Shown piece after piece: positions 20,751 to 30,502 of a stretch of DNA of 64,000 bases; within the stretch, counting starts at the first letter, position 1; each line of letters begins with the position of its first letter. A model generated the notes under the pieces. The model saw nothing but the letters and a program-made list of their open reading frames with translations, was not told where the DNA came from and made no database searches. Source of the stretch: an uncultured virus (IMG/VR IMGVR_UViG_3300025325_000017) (Duplodnaviria; Heunggongvirae; Uroviricota; Caudoviricetes); the IMG/VR virus record IMGVR_UViG_3300025325_000017; one strand, written 5' to 3'. Both the position numbers and the translations under genes were made by a program.

Positions 20751-21282
20751 AACATACAAGGAAAAGAGAGATAGACTTTTTGGAAAGAATCGCCCGCATA
20801 TTCGGTTATTTGACCCGAATAAAAACGAGGATATGGCGATATTGTGGGTGGCTCATAAACATAAGCCGTTTTACGAATTATCGGAAAAGATAGAACAATC
20901 TATTTTTTGTGAAAAAATCAAGAGCCTGGCGCGGGAGACCGAAATACTTATCATAGACGATGACAATGAACAATTCCCGTCGCGCACCGGCCCGGTGGTC
21001 GTTATATGGATGTTTTCTGACGGCTGGCGATATGAGCCTCATGCTGAATTTTTTCCATGGGCGTCGAAACGAAATATTTTTCGGACCAGCGTGGCTTTTC
21101 TGCAATTTATACGCTATCAACGCCAAGTCGGCGTATGTTTTATTCGCAGCCTGGAAGAATCGAAAAATTTATTGGAACATTGTTGCGAATATGGCGTTCT
21201 CCGCCCCGTTGGTCGTGTTATCTGTGGCGATCCGCGAGGAAATGAATATTTATTCAGCATCGAAGGGAAAAAGAAACCATGA
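20740..21282 (+). CDS. Possible GNAT-like virion assembly protein
   Basis: Position between nozzle and ejection genes. Confidence 0.4.
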   Translation: MKLETYKEKRDRLFGKNRPHIRLFDPNKNEDMAILWVAHKHKPFYELSEKIEQSIFCEKIKSLARETEILIIDDDNEQFPSRTGPVVVIWMFSDGWRYEPHAEFFPWASKRNIFRTSVAFLQFIRYQRQVGVCFIRSLEESKNLLEHCCEYGVLRPVGRVICGDPRGNEYLFSIEGKKKP

Positions 21283-22046
21283 GTAAATTGAAAAATGAAT
21301 TTAGAGGTCTTAAGCGATTGTCCAATGTTTTTGGCAGAGAAGGGACCGATCCGGATTATGCCGCTGGCGAATACGCTGGACCGAAAAATTATTATACTCA
21401 ATTTTCGAGTTTGGAGGATGGTAGACTTAAACTCGATCCTTCCATTCGATCTCTCCAGGAAACGGCGTTAAAGCGTACCGGAGAAGGATTGGGCGATTAT
21501 TTGACGAGATCGGAGGATATTCGCAACCGTTTTCTAGGAAATCAATCGGCTTTCCGCCAAGCACGGCTTAATCCCTTACAGTCGCAAATGGCGCAGCGCA
21601 GGGGAGAAATACAACGCTCCATCGGTTTACGAGGTTTAGGCGGTTCCAGCTTTGGGGAACAATCTCTTACCGGGTTCGATGTCGAATCGCAAAGAGCCTT
21701 GGCGGATCAATCCGCAATTGCGGAAATGGAGGATTTACAGGCATTAACCGGATTAGACACACAGCGTTTGGGGGCGATTATAGACGTTGGTAATATAGAC
21801 ATGAATACCGCCATGGCAAGGCTCAATGAAGAAATGACCGGATTGGGAATGGCGCAAGGACAAATTCAAGCGGCGATGACTGCATTTGAGATGTCACAAC
21901 AGCGAAAATTGCAGCAGCTTCAGAATATTGCTAAATCTGCGGAAACCTGGCATACACTTGTAACCGATTGGGGGGATTTCGCCAGCATCGGCAAAGGCAA
22001 AGGCGGCAAAAAGCCCGAAGCCGGAGGCGGCAGCTGGGGGAATTAA
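21279..22046 (+). CDS. Internal virion/ejection protein
   Basis: RGLGGSSFG; Gln/Ala-rich; synteny. Confidence 0.55.
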   Translation: MSKLKNEFRGLKRLSNVFGREGTDPDYAAGEYAGPKNYYTQFSSLEDGRLKLDPSIRSLQETALKRTGEGLGDYLTRSEDIRNRFLGNQSAFRQARLNPLQSQMAQRRGEIQRSIGLRGLGGSSFGEQSLTGFDVESQRALADQSAIAEMEDLQALTGLDTQRLGAIIDVGNIDMNTAMARLNEEMTGLGMAQGQIQAAMTAFEMSQQRKLQQLQNIAKSAETWHTLVTDWGDFASIGKGKGGKKPEAGGGSWGN

Positions 22047-22888
22047 TGCAAACTAAAAAATTCATGCGCGATCTTCCAACACCGGAAGATGCGGAAGAAC
22101 AATCTGTTCATCTCAATCTATGGATTGAAGGAATGAAAAAACCAGGGAATATGGACCCGAATGATCCTCAACATTTGCCGCAGATTCAAACCATGGCTGA
22201 ATATATCGCCAATGGCCTGATAACCGAGAAAAATGCCATTCGGTTGATGCAATTGAACGAAAAAACAACTCCATATCTTAGCGCCGCGCTCGATGTGCAA
22301 AGAAAAAGACGTGGACAGATAGCGCCCGTGGAATACGAGGGGGAAAAAGAATATTCACCCGAAGGCGATGTTTATCGGCAAGTGAAAGGCGGACCTTTTG
22401 TCAAAATCCCAGTTGAGGGAGGCATGAAACTCGGCCCTTATGTTAAAGAACGACATAAAGAATACGAACAGAAACAAGAAGACCTTGCAAAACTCGATCA
22501 TGCGCTTGAACAATATGAAGGTTTCCTAAAAGAACATGGCACTCAAGTGGGAGCAGGGCCGTTGGCATGGAATCCGAGCCTGCGTAAACAAGCTCAAAGT
22601 TTGCATGCGGCGGTACAGAGCGGAGTACGCACTATTGACCAGATGGGCGTTTTGCAACCGGGTGAATTGCCGTTTACAGAAAAATTCGTGGATAATGCAG
22701 CTAAATTGACAAGTATCGGACAAGCGGAGGGAATCCAGGCGCAAATTTCAAGAGTACGAGAACGAAGCCGGAATTATAAGGAAATACTTGCCACAAGATA
22801 TAAGAATGTTCCCGGTGTTTTTGAACCTCCGGCCTCCAAGTCGGGTCGCGTCGAGCGTTTAAACAGACTGCTTAAAAAGAAGCCATGA
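22046..22888 (+). CDS. Internal virion/ejection protein
   Basis: TAATG coupling; synteny. Confidence 0.5.
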   Translation: MQTKKFMRDLPTPEDAEEQSVHLNLWIEGMKKPGNMDPNDPQHLPQIQTMAEYIANGLITEKNAIRLMQLNEKTTPYLSAALDVQRKRRGQIAPVEYEGEKEYSPEGDVYRQVKGGPFVKIPVEGGMKLGPYVKERHKEYEQKQEDLAKLDHALEQYEGFLKEHGTQVGAGPLAWNPSLRKQAQSLHAAVQSGVRTIDQMGVLQPGELPFTEKFVDNAAKLTSIGQAEGIQAQISRVRERSRNYKEILATRYKNVPGVFEPPASKSGRVERLNRLLKKKP

Positions 22889-24858
22889 ACAGATCCGAAG
22901 AAATAAAACAAATCTGGGGAGAAATGACGGACGATGAGCGTAGGCAATATGCCGATTCATTATCGGACACCGAGTTTAACGAACTGGAACAGTCTTTAAC
23001 TGATCCAGGCATGGAGACAAAACCTCCGGAGACTTTTCTGTCTGGATTCGTGCGTTCGGCAAAAGATGGCAGCCCCGTCACGCGAGCAACCGCAGCTACA
23101 CTCATGGGCTTGCGGGGTATGGGAAGGCCCGTCCTGGGTATGGCGCAAAGCGGATTGGAACAACTGGATAAGTACGCCGGCACGAATTATGAACCCGCTT
23201 TCACCGAAAGGATAGATAGATCGGACGCGGCATATCGCGCAGCTTTGCAATCCTTGTCACCGGGAGAACAAAGAGCGGCCAAATCTGTTGGAATGGCGGG
23301 TGAAATTGCGCCGTACTTTGCCATTCCTGGAGGGCCGGCGAAAGGCTTGATGGGAGTGCTTTATACCGGTGCCGTCGGGGGCGCAGCAAGCGCACTTAGT
23401 TATATCCCCGCCGAGGAGAGATCAAAGACATCGCGTTTAGATCGGTTCAGAACCGGCGCAGCCGCTGGAATGTTGTTGCGTGGTGGATTGGAAGCGGGAA
23501 GACATTATCCGCTGAAATATCAGAATATTCTTGCAACTCAAGCCGCCCGTGAAGGGGAAGACATCTCGAAAATTACCGGAGTGAAATTGACAGCAGGACA
23601 AAAATCCGGGCATCCGGGGTTAGTGGACTTGGAAGCTGGAGCCTCTGGAGCCGCTTCTGGCAGGGAATTCATGAATAAACAGTTACTCGACGCTGAACAA
23701 TATATGGAGAAAACAGCGCGAGTTTTCAGCAATAAATCCAAAGAAGGGCTGACTACTGCATCGGGGAAAACTCTAGGAAAGATATATTCACAAGGAATAA
23801 CGCGATACAAAACACAACAAAGCATACTTGGGCGAACGGAATATGGGAAATTCCGTCATGTTGTCGGGAAACAACCAGCAATTGAAATGCCGAAATTTCA
23901 AGCCGCCATAGATGATATGGCGAATATTGCTGTGCCCGGATCAGCGGAAGCCAAAGCTGCGGCGACGACGATTCAAAAAACATTGGCGGCTCAATTGGAA
24001 AGCGGTCAAGGCAAGCTCACGGCGGATCAATTTCTTCAATGGCGGGAAAAGATTGCACGAGAATTATTTCAAAATCTAGATAAACAAGGTCGTGGGCGGG
24101 CACAGAAAGAACTCATGACAGCCCTGCTTATTGATGCCGAAAATTATTCTGGTGTAGCATCCACTCAATTGAAACGAGCGGTTAATATATGGCATCGTGG
24201 TGGCATACAGATAGATAAATTCAATAAAGACGCTATGGCGTCTTTATTCGCAAAAGAAACTTTTGATCCCTACAAAATTTCCGAGACTATACCTAAAATG
24301 ACCCCCTCCCGCATCAAAGGGATGCATGAAGCCATGCGGAAAATACCCGGCGGAGAACAGGCGTGGAATGATATGACCGCTGCATATATTTATCGCGCCA
24401 TGGATAAATCGTCTCAGCATCCAGAACGCCTCGTGGGTCAAAGCCGTTTTAATCCAAATCAATTCTTCGAGAACGTGGCCAACCGCGAAAGGATTCTCGC
24501 GCTCATGCCCGATGCTGCAAAACGAACGCAATTCCTGACGGGGATGAAATTGCTGGATCGCGCGGCGGATAAACACGGGTACTCAGCGAAGGCTATTGGC
24601 ATAAGACAGACATTCGCTGATGTGATGGGAAATTTATTCAGCGGTAACCCCATTTTTATTGCGCGCATGACCGGTAAGATATTCGGGCCAATGGGGTTGT
24701 CATGGGTATTATTCTCGGAAAAAGGAAATAAGGCTCTACGAATCCTAGCGACACAGCCGAAAAATACACCTGCTTATCAACAAGCATTGGGACAAATATA
24801 CGATCTTCTGGAAGAAGATACCTCAAATGAAAATTCTCAATTTATTCGAGATGAATAA
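22885..24858 (+). CDS. Large internal virion/ejection protein
   Basis: 657 aa, Ala/Gly-rich, helical; synteny. Confidence 0.55.
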   Translation: MNRSEEIKQIWGEMTDDERRQYADSLSDTEFNELEQSLTDPGMETKPPETFLSGFVRSAKDGSPVTRATAATLMGLRGMGRPVLGMAQSGLEQLDKYAGTNYEPAFTERIDRSDAAYRAALQSLSPGEQRAAKSVGMAGEIAPYFAIPGGPAKGLMGVLYTGAVGGAASALSYIPAEERSKTSRLDRFRTGAAAGMLLRGGLEAGRHYPLKYQNILATQAAREGEDISKITGVKLTAGQKSGHPGLVDLEAGASGAASGREFMNKQLLDAEQYMEKTARVFSNKSKEGLTTASGKTLGKIYSQGITRYKTQQSILGRTEYGKFRHVVGKQPAIEMPKFQAAIDDMANIAVPGSAEAKAAATTIQKTLAAQLESGQGKLTADQFLQWREKIARELFQNLDKQGRGRAQKELMTALLIDAENYSGVASTQLKRAVNIWHRGGIQIDKFNKDAMASLFAKETFDPYKISETIPKMTPSRIKGMHEAMRKIPGGEQAWNDMTAAYIYRAMDKSSQHPERLVGQSRFNPNQFFENVANRERILALMPDAAKRTQFLTGMKLLDRAADKHGYSAKAIGIRQTFADVMGNLFSGNPIFIARMTGKIFGPMGLSWVLFSEKGNKALRILATQPKNTPAYQQALGQIYDLLEEDTSNENSQFIRDE

Positions 24859-24860
24859 TA

Positions 24861-26108
24861 ATGGGCACAAAATATTCAACTAATTCCACAACCGGGTATA
24901 ATGCCACGCCTCCGCCGGACGACGGCACGGTAAGTGAAGCCAACAAAGGCAAATATAGCACTATCAAAACCAAACTCGCCGATCCGATAAAAAATCTCGC
25001 TGACACAATTAATTCCGAATTAGTAACGCATTTCGATACTGGCCCAATCGCCATTACGACAAGCACCACGTTGGATGCCTCGCATTTCAACAAAATTATC
25101 CAAGTTTCCGGTTCCGGTGTCACGCTTACTTTATCGGATGCAAATTCATTAACTGCTGGATGGTTTTGCAATATTATTTCCACAGATACGACTAATAGCG
25201 CGATATTAGCTAGAGCTACGGCATCGAATACGATAAATGAGACATCGGCGGATGTTACAATACTTTCGTTACAATCAATTCGCGTTATTGTCAATGCTGC
25301 TGCAAATGGCTTTTTGGTTGATTTACAATCTAGACATTCAAAAGAGTTTAAATTATCGAATGCATCAATAATTGACGCCAATGCCTCCATCGCCGCCCAC
25401 GCCACGACTATGAACCCGTGGAGTCTTGGGAACTACGTTACCGCCACCGGCACGGCAGTTACTTTCACCGATCTCGCCGATGCCCCACAAGCAGGCGCGG
25501 AGGCGGAGATTTACATGAACGCCGCCCATATCTGGACGAACAACGCCAACCTTGAAGTGGACGGGGATGCTAACTGGACGGCGGAAGTGGGGGACAGGGT
25601 TCTGGCCCGTGCAAAGGCCGTGACGGGGCCGTTTACGATTCGGCCGATAAAGAAAACCGGATACGCGGTAATTACTACCGTCGGGAACCATTCCGTGGTC
25701 GTTCACACGGGCAACGGTTGGGGGTCTACCAACATAATGATACGCAGATATACCACCGTCTTGACAAACGTGGGTACTGCCATTACCTATGCCGACAGCG
25801 CCGCCAACGGCGCATCGTTTACGATCAATGAGACTGGGATATACAATTTATTCATGTCAGACATCCGTGATGCAGCCGTGGAAATATTTGGTGCTTCCGT
25901 AAACTCGTCGCAACTCTCAACATATATTGAGAACATTGATATCGCCAACAGGGTAATGATGGGCGAAGAAAATGTTTTAGCGAGGATGGGGAATTGCTCG
26001 ATAACAAGACGTTTTTCCTCCGGCGATGTAATCCGCCCTCACGGCGATGGGAATAGCGGTAACACAACCAATAAAGTATTTTTCTCCGTAGTAAAGGTTG
26101 GCACATGA
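24861..26108 (+). CDS. Tail fiber protein
   Basis: Thr/Asn/Ala-rich; C-terminal beta domain; precedes lysis genes. Confidence 0.65.
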   Translation: MGTKYSTNSTTGYNATPPPDDGTVSEANKGKYSTIKTKLADPIKNLADTINSELVTHFDTGPIAITTSTTLDASHFNKIIQVSGSGVTLTLSDANSLTAGWFCNIISTDTTNSAILARATASNTINETSADVTILSLQSIRVIVNAAANGFLVDLQSRHSKEFKLSNASIIDANASIAAHATTMNPWSLGNYVTATGTAVTFTDLADAPQAGAEAEIYMNAAHIWTNNANLEVDGDANWTAEVGDRVLARAKAVTGPFTIRPIKKTGYAVITTVGNHSVVVHTGNGWGSTNIMIRRYTTVLTNVGTAITYADSAANGASFTINETGIYNLFMSDIRDAAVEIFGASVNSSQLSTYIENIDIANRVMMGEENVLARMGNCSITRRFSSGDVIRPHGDGNSGNTTNKVFFSVVKVGT

Positions 26109-26491
26109 AACTAATCGTAAATGCTCCGGCTGGTCGCCACGAGGTTACCGAAATAGGTGATGGTGGTTACTACTTTGATCCGTCAAGAATATTATGGAGA
26201 GAAGATGTAAACGGACAGCTACCGCCGCGCCCAGCAGGATTTGTTTTGTCGAGCGACTGGCAACTTGACCCAATGAACCCTGCGGTCTGCTGGAGACTCA
26301 AAACACCCGCCGAGCTAGATGCCGAAAAAGTCATCGAATACACCTCCCGTCTCGATGACAAAACCCAACGACTTCTGTTCGAGATCAACTTCGACCAGGA
26401 GAACCGGGTGCGAGTATTGGAAGGAAAACCGGCTATCGCCAAAACCCAGTATCATGATGTTTTAATCAACGTGTGGAAGGGGCTGACATGA
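26105..26491 (+). CDS. Tail fiber-associated protein
   Basis: Coupled to the fiber gene. Confidence 0.5.
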   Translation: MKLIVNAPAGRHEVTEIGDGGYYFDPSRILWREDVNGQLPPRPAGFVLSSDWQLDPMNPAVCWRLKTPAELDAEKVIEYTSRLDDKTQRLLFEINFDQENRVRVLEGKPAIAKTQYHDVLINVWKGLT

Positions 26492-26621
26492 GTGACTTCG
26501 ACAAGGCCCTGACCTTCGTATTTGAATAATCTGCTCGCTAAATCGGCGGCGGTGCAGGCGGCGACAACAGAGGCGGAAATAAATGCTGTTAGCTGGTGAA
26601 TCAATCGAGGAAGAATGGTGA

Positions 26622-26918
26622 ATGAATCAGGAAGAAATAAAACGGCTGGCGACGGTACTGGCGCCGCAAATCATCGCGTCCATCCGCGAATCAAAGCATG
26701 ATTTCTGGATAGACCCGGAGAACCATTTCAGGGCGCACATCGTAATGGACCAATTCGCCGAATGTCTCGACATGGAGACATTACAGACCTTGCGCGATCT
26801 ACTCAAGGCGTATCGCAAGGGAAGAAAGCTGTTCTTCGCGGCGTTCGTCGGGTTGATGATCGTCGGCGCGCTCGGACTAGTCGCTATCGCAATCGGAATG
26901 AAACCGCCATGGAAATGA
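26622..26918 (+). CDS. Membrane protein, putative holin
   Basis: One C-terminal TM segment; precedes endolysin. Confidence 0.5.
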   Translation: MNQEEIKRLATVLAPQIIASIRESKHDFWIDPENHFRAHIVMDQFAECLDMETLQTLRDLLKAYRKGRKLFFAAFVGLMIVGALGLVAIAIGMKPPWK

Positions 26919-27382
26919 ACAAATTCGATAGGGCAATCGATCTTATTTTGGCCGAGGAAGGAGGATATGTAATAGACCCGCTTGATCCTGGCGGAGAAAC
27001 AAAATATGGAATTTCCAAACGCGCGTATCCTGAAATCAACATTCCCAGCCTGACAACAGATCAAGCAAAAGCCATCTATATGCGCGATTATTGGAACCCG
27101 TGTAAATGCGAGGAGCTTCCTTGGCCGCTATCCCTGTTCGTTTTCGACGCGGCGATCAATCAGGGAACCGATGCTGCAATCAAGATGTTGCAACATACGT
27201 TACAGACTAATCAAGACGGCATTATCGGAGTCGTGACTCTAAGGCTCGCCAAGGAATCTCGGAAGTGGCACTGGGCGCGCTTTATGGCCTTCCGGACCAT
27301 GCGCTATCAGGGCACTCGTAATTATGATCGTTTCGGTGAAAACTGGTTGATCCGCATATTTCGGATCGCTATGGGGGCCTAG
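26915..27382 (+). CDS. Endolysin, GH108 family
   Basis: EEGGY..DP.DPGGETKYGIS; FDAAINQG; DGIIG. Confidence 0.9.
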   Translation: MNKFDRAIDLILAEEGGYVIDPLDPGGETKYGISKRAYPEINIPSLTTDQAKAIYMRDYWNPCKCEELPWPLSLFVFDAAINQGTDAAIKMLQHTLQTNQDGIIGVVTLRLAKESRKWHWARFMAFRTMRYQGTRNYDRFGENWLIRIFRIAMGA

Positions 27383-27383
27383 G

Positions 27384-27761
27384 ATGGAAACTATTCTCGC
27401 GTCACTTGTCGCCCCCGCTGCTGTTGATATGCTCAAAAATCTATTCGCGTCAGCTTCCCGCAAATGGATCGGGTTATCGGTGGACGATCAGATCAAATTA
27501 GAGAACGCTAATATAGAGAGGCTGAAAGCCCTGGCGCTGTTGGATAATCCCAACGGAACACCTTCTCAATGGGTTATAAACCTCCGTGGGGCCTCCAGGT
27601 ACGTCGCAGTCATCCTGTCCGTGGGGGTAGGGGCGGGGATGATGTTAAAGGCCACCACGCCCGAACTGGAGGTCTTGGGCTTTGAGCTTGTCGCCATGCC
27701 TGTCAGCTTCCTTTTCGGCGAAAGAATGTATCTTGGATTCAAAGGTAATATGGCTAAATAA
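27384..27761 (+). CDS. Holin-like membrane protein
   Basis: Hydrophobic segments; FLFGER C-terminal motif. Confidence 0.6.
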   Translation: METILASLVAPAAVDMLKNLFASASRKWIGLSVDDQIKLENANIERLKALALLDNPNGTPSQWVINLRGASRYVAVILSVGVGAGMMLKATTPELEVLGFELVAMPVSFLFGERMYLGFKGNMAK

Positions 27762-27775
27762 CATTTGAATCTCTG

Positions 27776-28009
27776 TTAGGGCGCATTCGCGGCCTCTGAC
27801 ATCGCTGTATCAATCGCGGCTCGAATTGATTCCCCGTGCCCTTGAAATACAATATCGCTGCCGAGCGAGCGGGCATACAGCGAACATCTATCCGGCCCGT
27901 GAATATGTATATCGGCAGGCTGGTAATAAGCAGGATTTTTCTTGTTCACGAACACCGTTCTGTTTCTGAGTGTTTCCAGAAAATCTATACGCTCTGAGTC
28001 TGTTGGCAT
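27776..28009 (-). CDS. Cassette-borne hypothetical protein
   Basis: TDSERIDFL...R.AID phage motif; TAA stop lies in the GTTAGGG core. Confidence 0.7.
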   Translation of the reverse strand: MPTDSERIDFLETLRNRTVFVNKKNPAYYQPADIHIHGPDRCSLYARSLGSDIVFQGHGESIRAAIDTAMSEAANAP

Positions 28010-28027
28010 GTCACAATCTCCGATGCG

Positions 28028-28085
28028 CCCTAACAAATCAATCCACGGGACCGGCTACGCCGGCCCGTGATCTCCGGCGTTAGGC
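28028..28085 (+). other. attC-like site (58 bp)
   Basis: CCCTAAC...ATC(C)ACGGG(A)CCGG-loop-CCGGCCCGTGAT...GTTAGGC with two extrahelical bases. Confidence 0.85.
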
Positions 28086-28112
28086 GGAATTCTGTCTAAT
28101 ACACTGTTATGC
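28084..28112 (+). other. attI-like site 1
   Basis: GCGGAATTCT-GTCTAAT-ACACT-GTTATGC; repeated at 33490 and, inverted, at 38899. Confidence 0.7.
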
Positions 28113-28370
28113 CCGCGCCCGCTTGTACACAGAAATGCGAAACTTATCGTCGGGGCATTTCTTCTGCCATTGTGGCAAATCCTGGATTTCCGAAACGCTT
28201 CGCTCAATTTGGGCGCTCGTCGTTGGTGCCCACAGTGAGTGAGCTTCTCCGTCTACATGCACATCACACCACATTTCAACAACATACAATTCTGGAGCGA
28301 ACGGGTATAACCTCGCCTTCAAAGCGGACTGGCCTCTGCGGCGTTTGGTTACTTTCTGGGGGTTAGTCAT
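28107..28370 (-). CDS. Cassette-borne hypothetical protein
   Basis: Paralog of 34338..34592; stop lies in the R box. Confidence 0.7.
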   Translation of the reverse strand: MTNPQKVTKRRRGQSALKARLYPFAPELYVVEMWCDVHVDGEAHSLWAPTTSAQIERSVSEIQDLPQWQKKCPDDKFRISVYKRARA

Positions 28371-28372
28371 TT
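28305..28372 (+). other. Half attC (left arm only)
   Basis: GTATAAC plus an arm homologous to 34527 onward; no right arm or GTT partner. Confidence 0.6.
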
Positions 28373-29058
28373 CTCTGCCTCAGCCTCTCGGCATAACCAG
28401 TAGTTCCAAGTGGGCACGATGCGTCAGCAATAAATTCTCGTTTGAGCGAGGCAACTTTGTCTCCCTGGAATTGCCAGGGCGGGTACAAAGCGATGATCCA
28501 CAGGCGATCACCCCTCCATTTTGGAGGATCCAGTGTTCCGTGGAGGGCATTTTTCGTGCAAATGGCGAGCGGCCCTGAAATTTCCTCGACAAGACCGACC
28601 CTCGCTTTTGTGCCGCCGCCGCCGTTGGCCGGAGTTCCGTCTGCATGGGATCGCCAGTACGCTAAGATCGCTCCGGCTTTCTCCGCTGCTGGGGCGAACC
28701 TGGGTAGCGTTCGCATCCAATAGACAATACTTTCGCTATTGTCGCCGTCGCCGCCGCCGTCGCCGTCGCCGTAGCTGTGGCCGTAGTCGCCGCCGTAGCC
28801 GTAGCTGTGGCCGCCGCCGCCGTAGCCGCCGTCGCCGCCGCCGTAGCCGCCGTCGCCGTAGCCGCCGCCGCCGTAGCCGCCGTCGCCGTAGCCGTAGCCG
28901 TAGCCGTAGCCGCCGCCGTCGCCGTCGCCGTCGCCGTCGCCGTAGCCGTAGCCGCCGTCGCCGTCGCCGTAGCCGTAGCCGCCGCCGCCGCCGTCGCCGT
29001 CGCCGTCGCCGCACAACAACTCCATTTCCGAAGAAATACTTCCGCGTAATACGCGCAT
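28363..29058 (-). CDS. Gly/Tyr/Asp-repeat (GYGDG) phage protein
   Basis: Low-complexity tract 28741-29010; TAATG coupling to the upstream gene. Confidence 0.7.
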   Translation of the reverse strand: MRVLRGSISSEMELLCGDGDGDGGGGGYGYGDGDGGYGYGDGDGDGDGGGYGYGYGYGDGGYGGGGYGDGGYGGGDGGYGGGGHSYGYGGDYGHSYGDGDGGGDGDNSESIVYWMRTLPRFAPAAEKAGAILAYWRSHADGTPANGGGGTKARVGLVEEISGPLAICTKNALHGTLDPPKWRGDRLWIIALYPPWQFQGDKVASLKREFIADASCPLGTTGYAERLRQRND

Positions 29059-29333
29059 TACCAATGTCCCTTTTCCCAGGCCGCAACGGCAACCGGCGTA
29101 CATTCGGCGACGCACGAAATCCCCCGTAATTCTATGTCGGCAGGAGGACCGACTCTACAATCTTTTGTCGGTCCCGTCTCGGCCAAAGCTAAGAACCCCT
29201 TAATGCCGCGCCAGTAGATACAATTGCGGGCTCGGCTTAGCTTAATAGTCTCTCCGTCAGTGTTGCCCGCATAACCGAAAAATACGCCACGATGCACAGT
29301 TGTCACGAGCACTGCACGATGTTTCTTTGCCAT
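29058..29333 (-). CDS. DUF6948-like protein
   Basis: VTTVHRGVFFGY, LAETGP; usual partner of GYGDG proteins. Confidence 0.65.
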   Translation of the reverse strand: MAKKHRAVLVTTVHRGVFFGYAGNTDGETIKLSRARNCIYWRGIKGFLALAETGPTKDCRVGPPADIELRGISCVAECTPVAVAAWEKGHW

Positions 29334-29602
29334 ATTACTATCTCCTTTTACCTGTTGGTTTTCGGTTGCGCCGATTAAGGCGGCGTCCGGATGCTCGTAG
29401 CCAAAGGTGGCCCTAAACCAAGCGCGGTCTCTCTTCAACAACTATTATCTTTCCGCACTTGTGGCAAGCACACTCAACATCCCCGTCTGGCCGCCGACGT
29501 AGATCTACATCGTAATAACAAACATGGGAACACAAAATAGAGCGCAGCCACCTACTCATAGCCTGACACCGATTCGTTTCAAATTTCTTGTTTCGGAGCA
29601 TG

Positions 29603-29842
29603 TTAATAGTCTCGTGAAGCTGTTGATGTCCAGTATTGCCCGATGACAATAACTGGTCGCGCGTGCTCGTGTTCGTCCACTTTTGTTTCAAGCTCCTGTA
29701 ATTTGCAGCCGACGAAATAAAGCGCCTCACGCAAATCTGAAACAGTCTTGGCTTCATTTATGGTGTCCCATACCGGGATGCTGCGCTTGCCTGAAAATAT
29801 CGTATTCATGTTCATCTTCATTCCCCTATCTCGAATATTCAA
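29603..29842 (-). CDS. Hypothetical protein
   Basis: ORF in the leftward operon. Confidence 0.4.
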   Translation of the reverse strand: MNIRDRGMKMNMNTIFSGKRSIPVWDTINEAKTVSDLREALYFVGCKLQELETKVDEHEHARPVIVIGQYWTSTASRDY

Positions 29843-30483
29843 ATCCTCGCAATAGCCTTGATCCGCGCGCGACGATTGCGGATTTGCTCCACGTACCCTG
29901 ATTCACCGCCGCTGTATCTATGTTGCGCCCGCGCGACTGATCTGAAAGCCTGTAGATGCCGGGACATATACCGCGCTCCCGCCTCCAAGCTAGCCTCGAT
30001 ATGGAATCGCTGGCTCCAATCCAGCCCGAGAGAACGCGCGGTAGCCGGCATGATCTGAGCCAACCCTGCCGCGCCTGCACGACTGATTGCGTATGGGTCA
30101 AAGTGCGATTCTTGCTCGATCTGCGCCGCCCACCAGGTCACATCCAGCCCATGAGCTTCGGCGGAGACCACCAGGGCGCGGGCGATGCGCGACGCCGGGA
30201 CACGAGGATTTACGCCAGCGACATATCGGGTCAGTCGTTCAATTGTCTGCTCGCGCTTGGCGTCCGCAAGTTCGGCGGCGAGACTGATCGCCAGATCAAC
30301 TGACTTCTCGGCGGTATCGGAGGCTTGCTGTGCCAGTCCGTGAGCGGCGAAATATTCACCACGCAGAAAGCCAATCTCACGATCACGCTCCAGGACCACG
30401 GTATAGAGCAACGCCATGCCGAAAACAGCGCCTATCGCGGCGTGGATCACCGCGTCGCGCAAGCCGTGTTTGTTCGGCGTCAT
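29839..30483 (-). CDS. Membrane-anchored lytic transglycosylase (SLT domain)
   Basis: QESHFDP.AIS.AGAAGLAQIMP; N-terminal TM segment. Confidence 0.85.
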   Translation of the reverse strand: MTPNKHGLRDAVIHAAIGAVFGMALLYTVVLERDREIGFLRGEYFAAHGLAQQASDTAEKSVDLAISLAAELADAKREQTIERLTRYVAGVNPRVPASRIARALVVSAEAHGLDVTWWAAQIEQESHFDPYAISRAGAAGLAQIMPATARSLGLDWSQRFHIEASLEAGARYMSRHLQAFRSVARAQHRYSGGESGYVEQIRNRRARIKAIARI

Positions 30484-30502
30484 TTGTGTGTCCCAGGTGT
30501 TA

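Noticed and set aside
28390..28430. Extra attC starting at GGCATAAC
   Set aside because: No complementary right arm or matching cassette start found
28521..29129. Poly-Arg and poly-Ala/Val ORFs
   Set aside because: Shadow frames of the GYGDG tract
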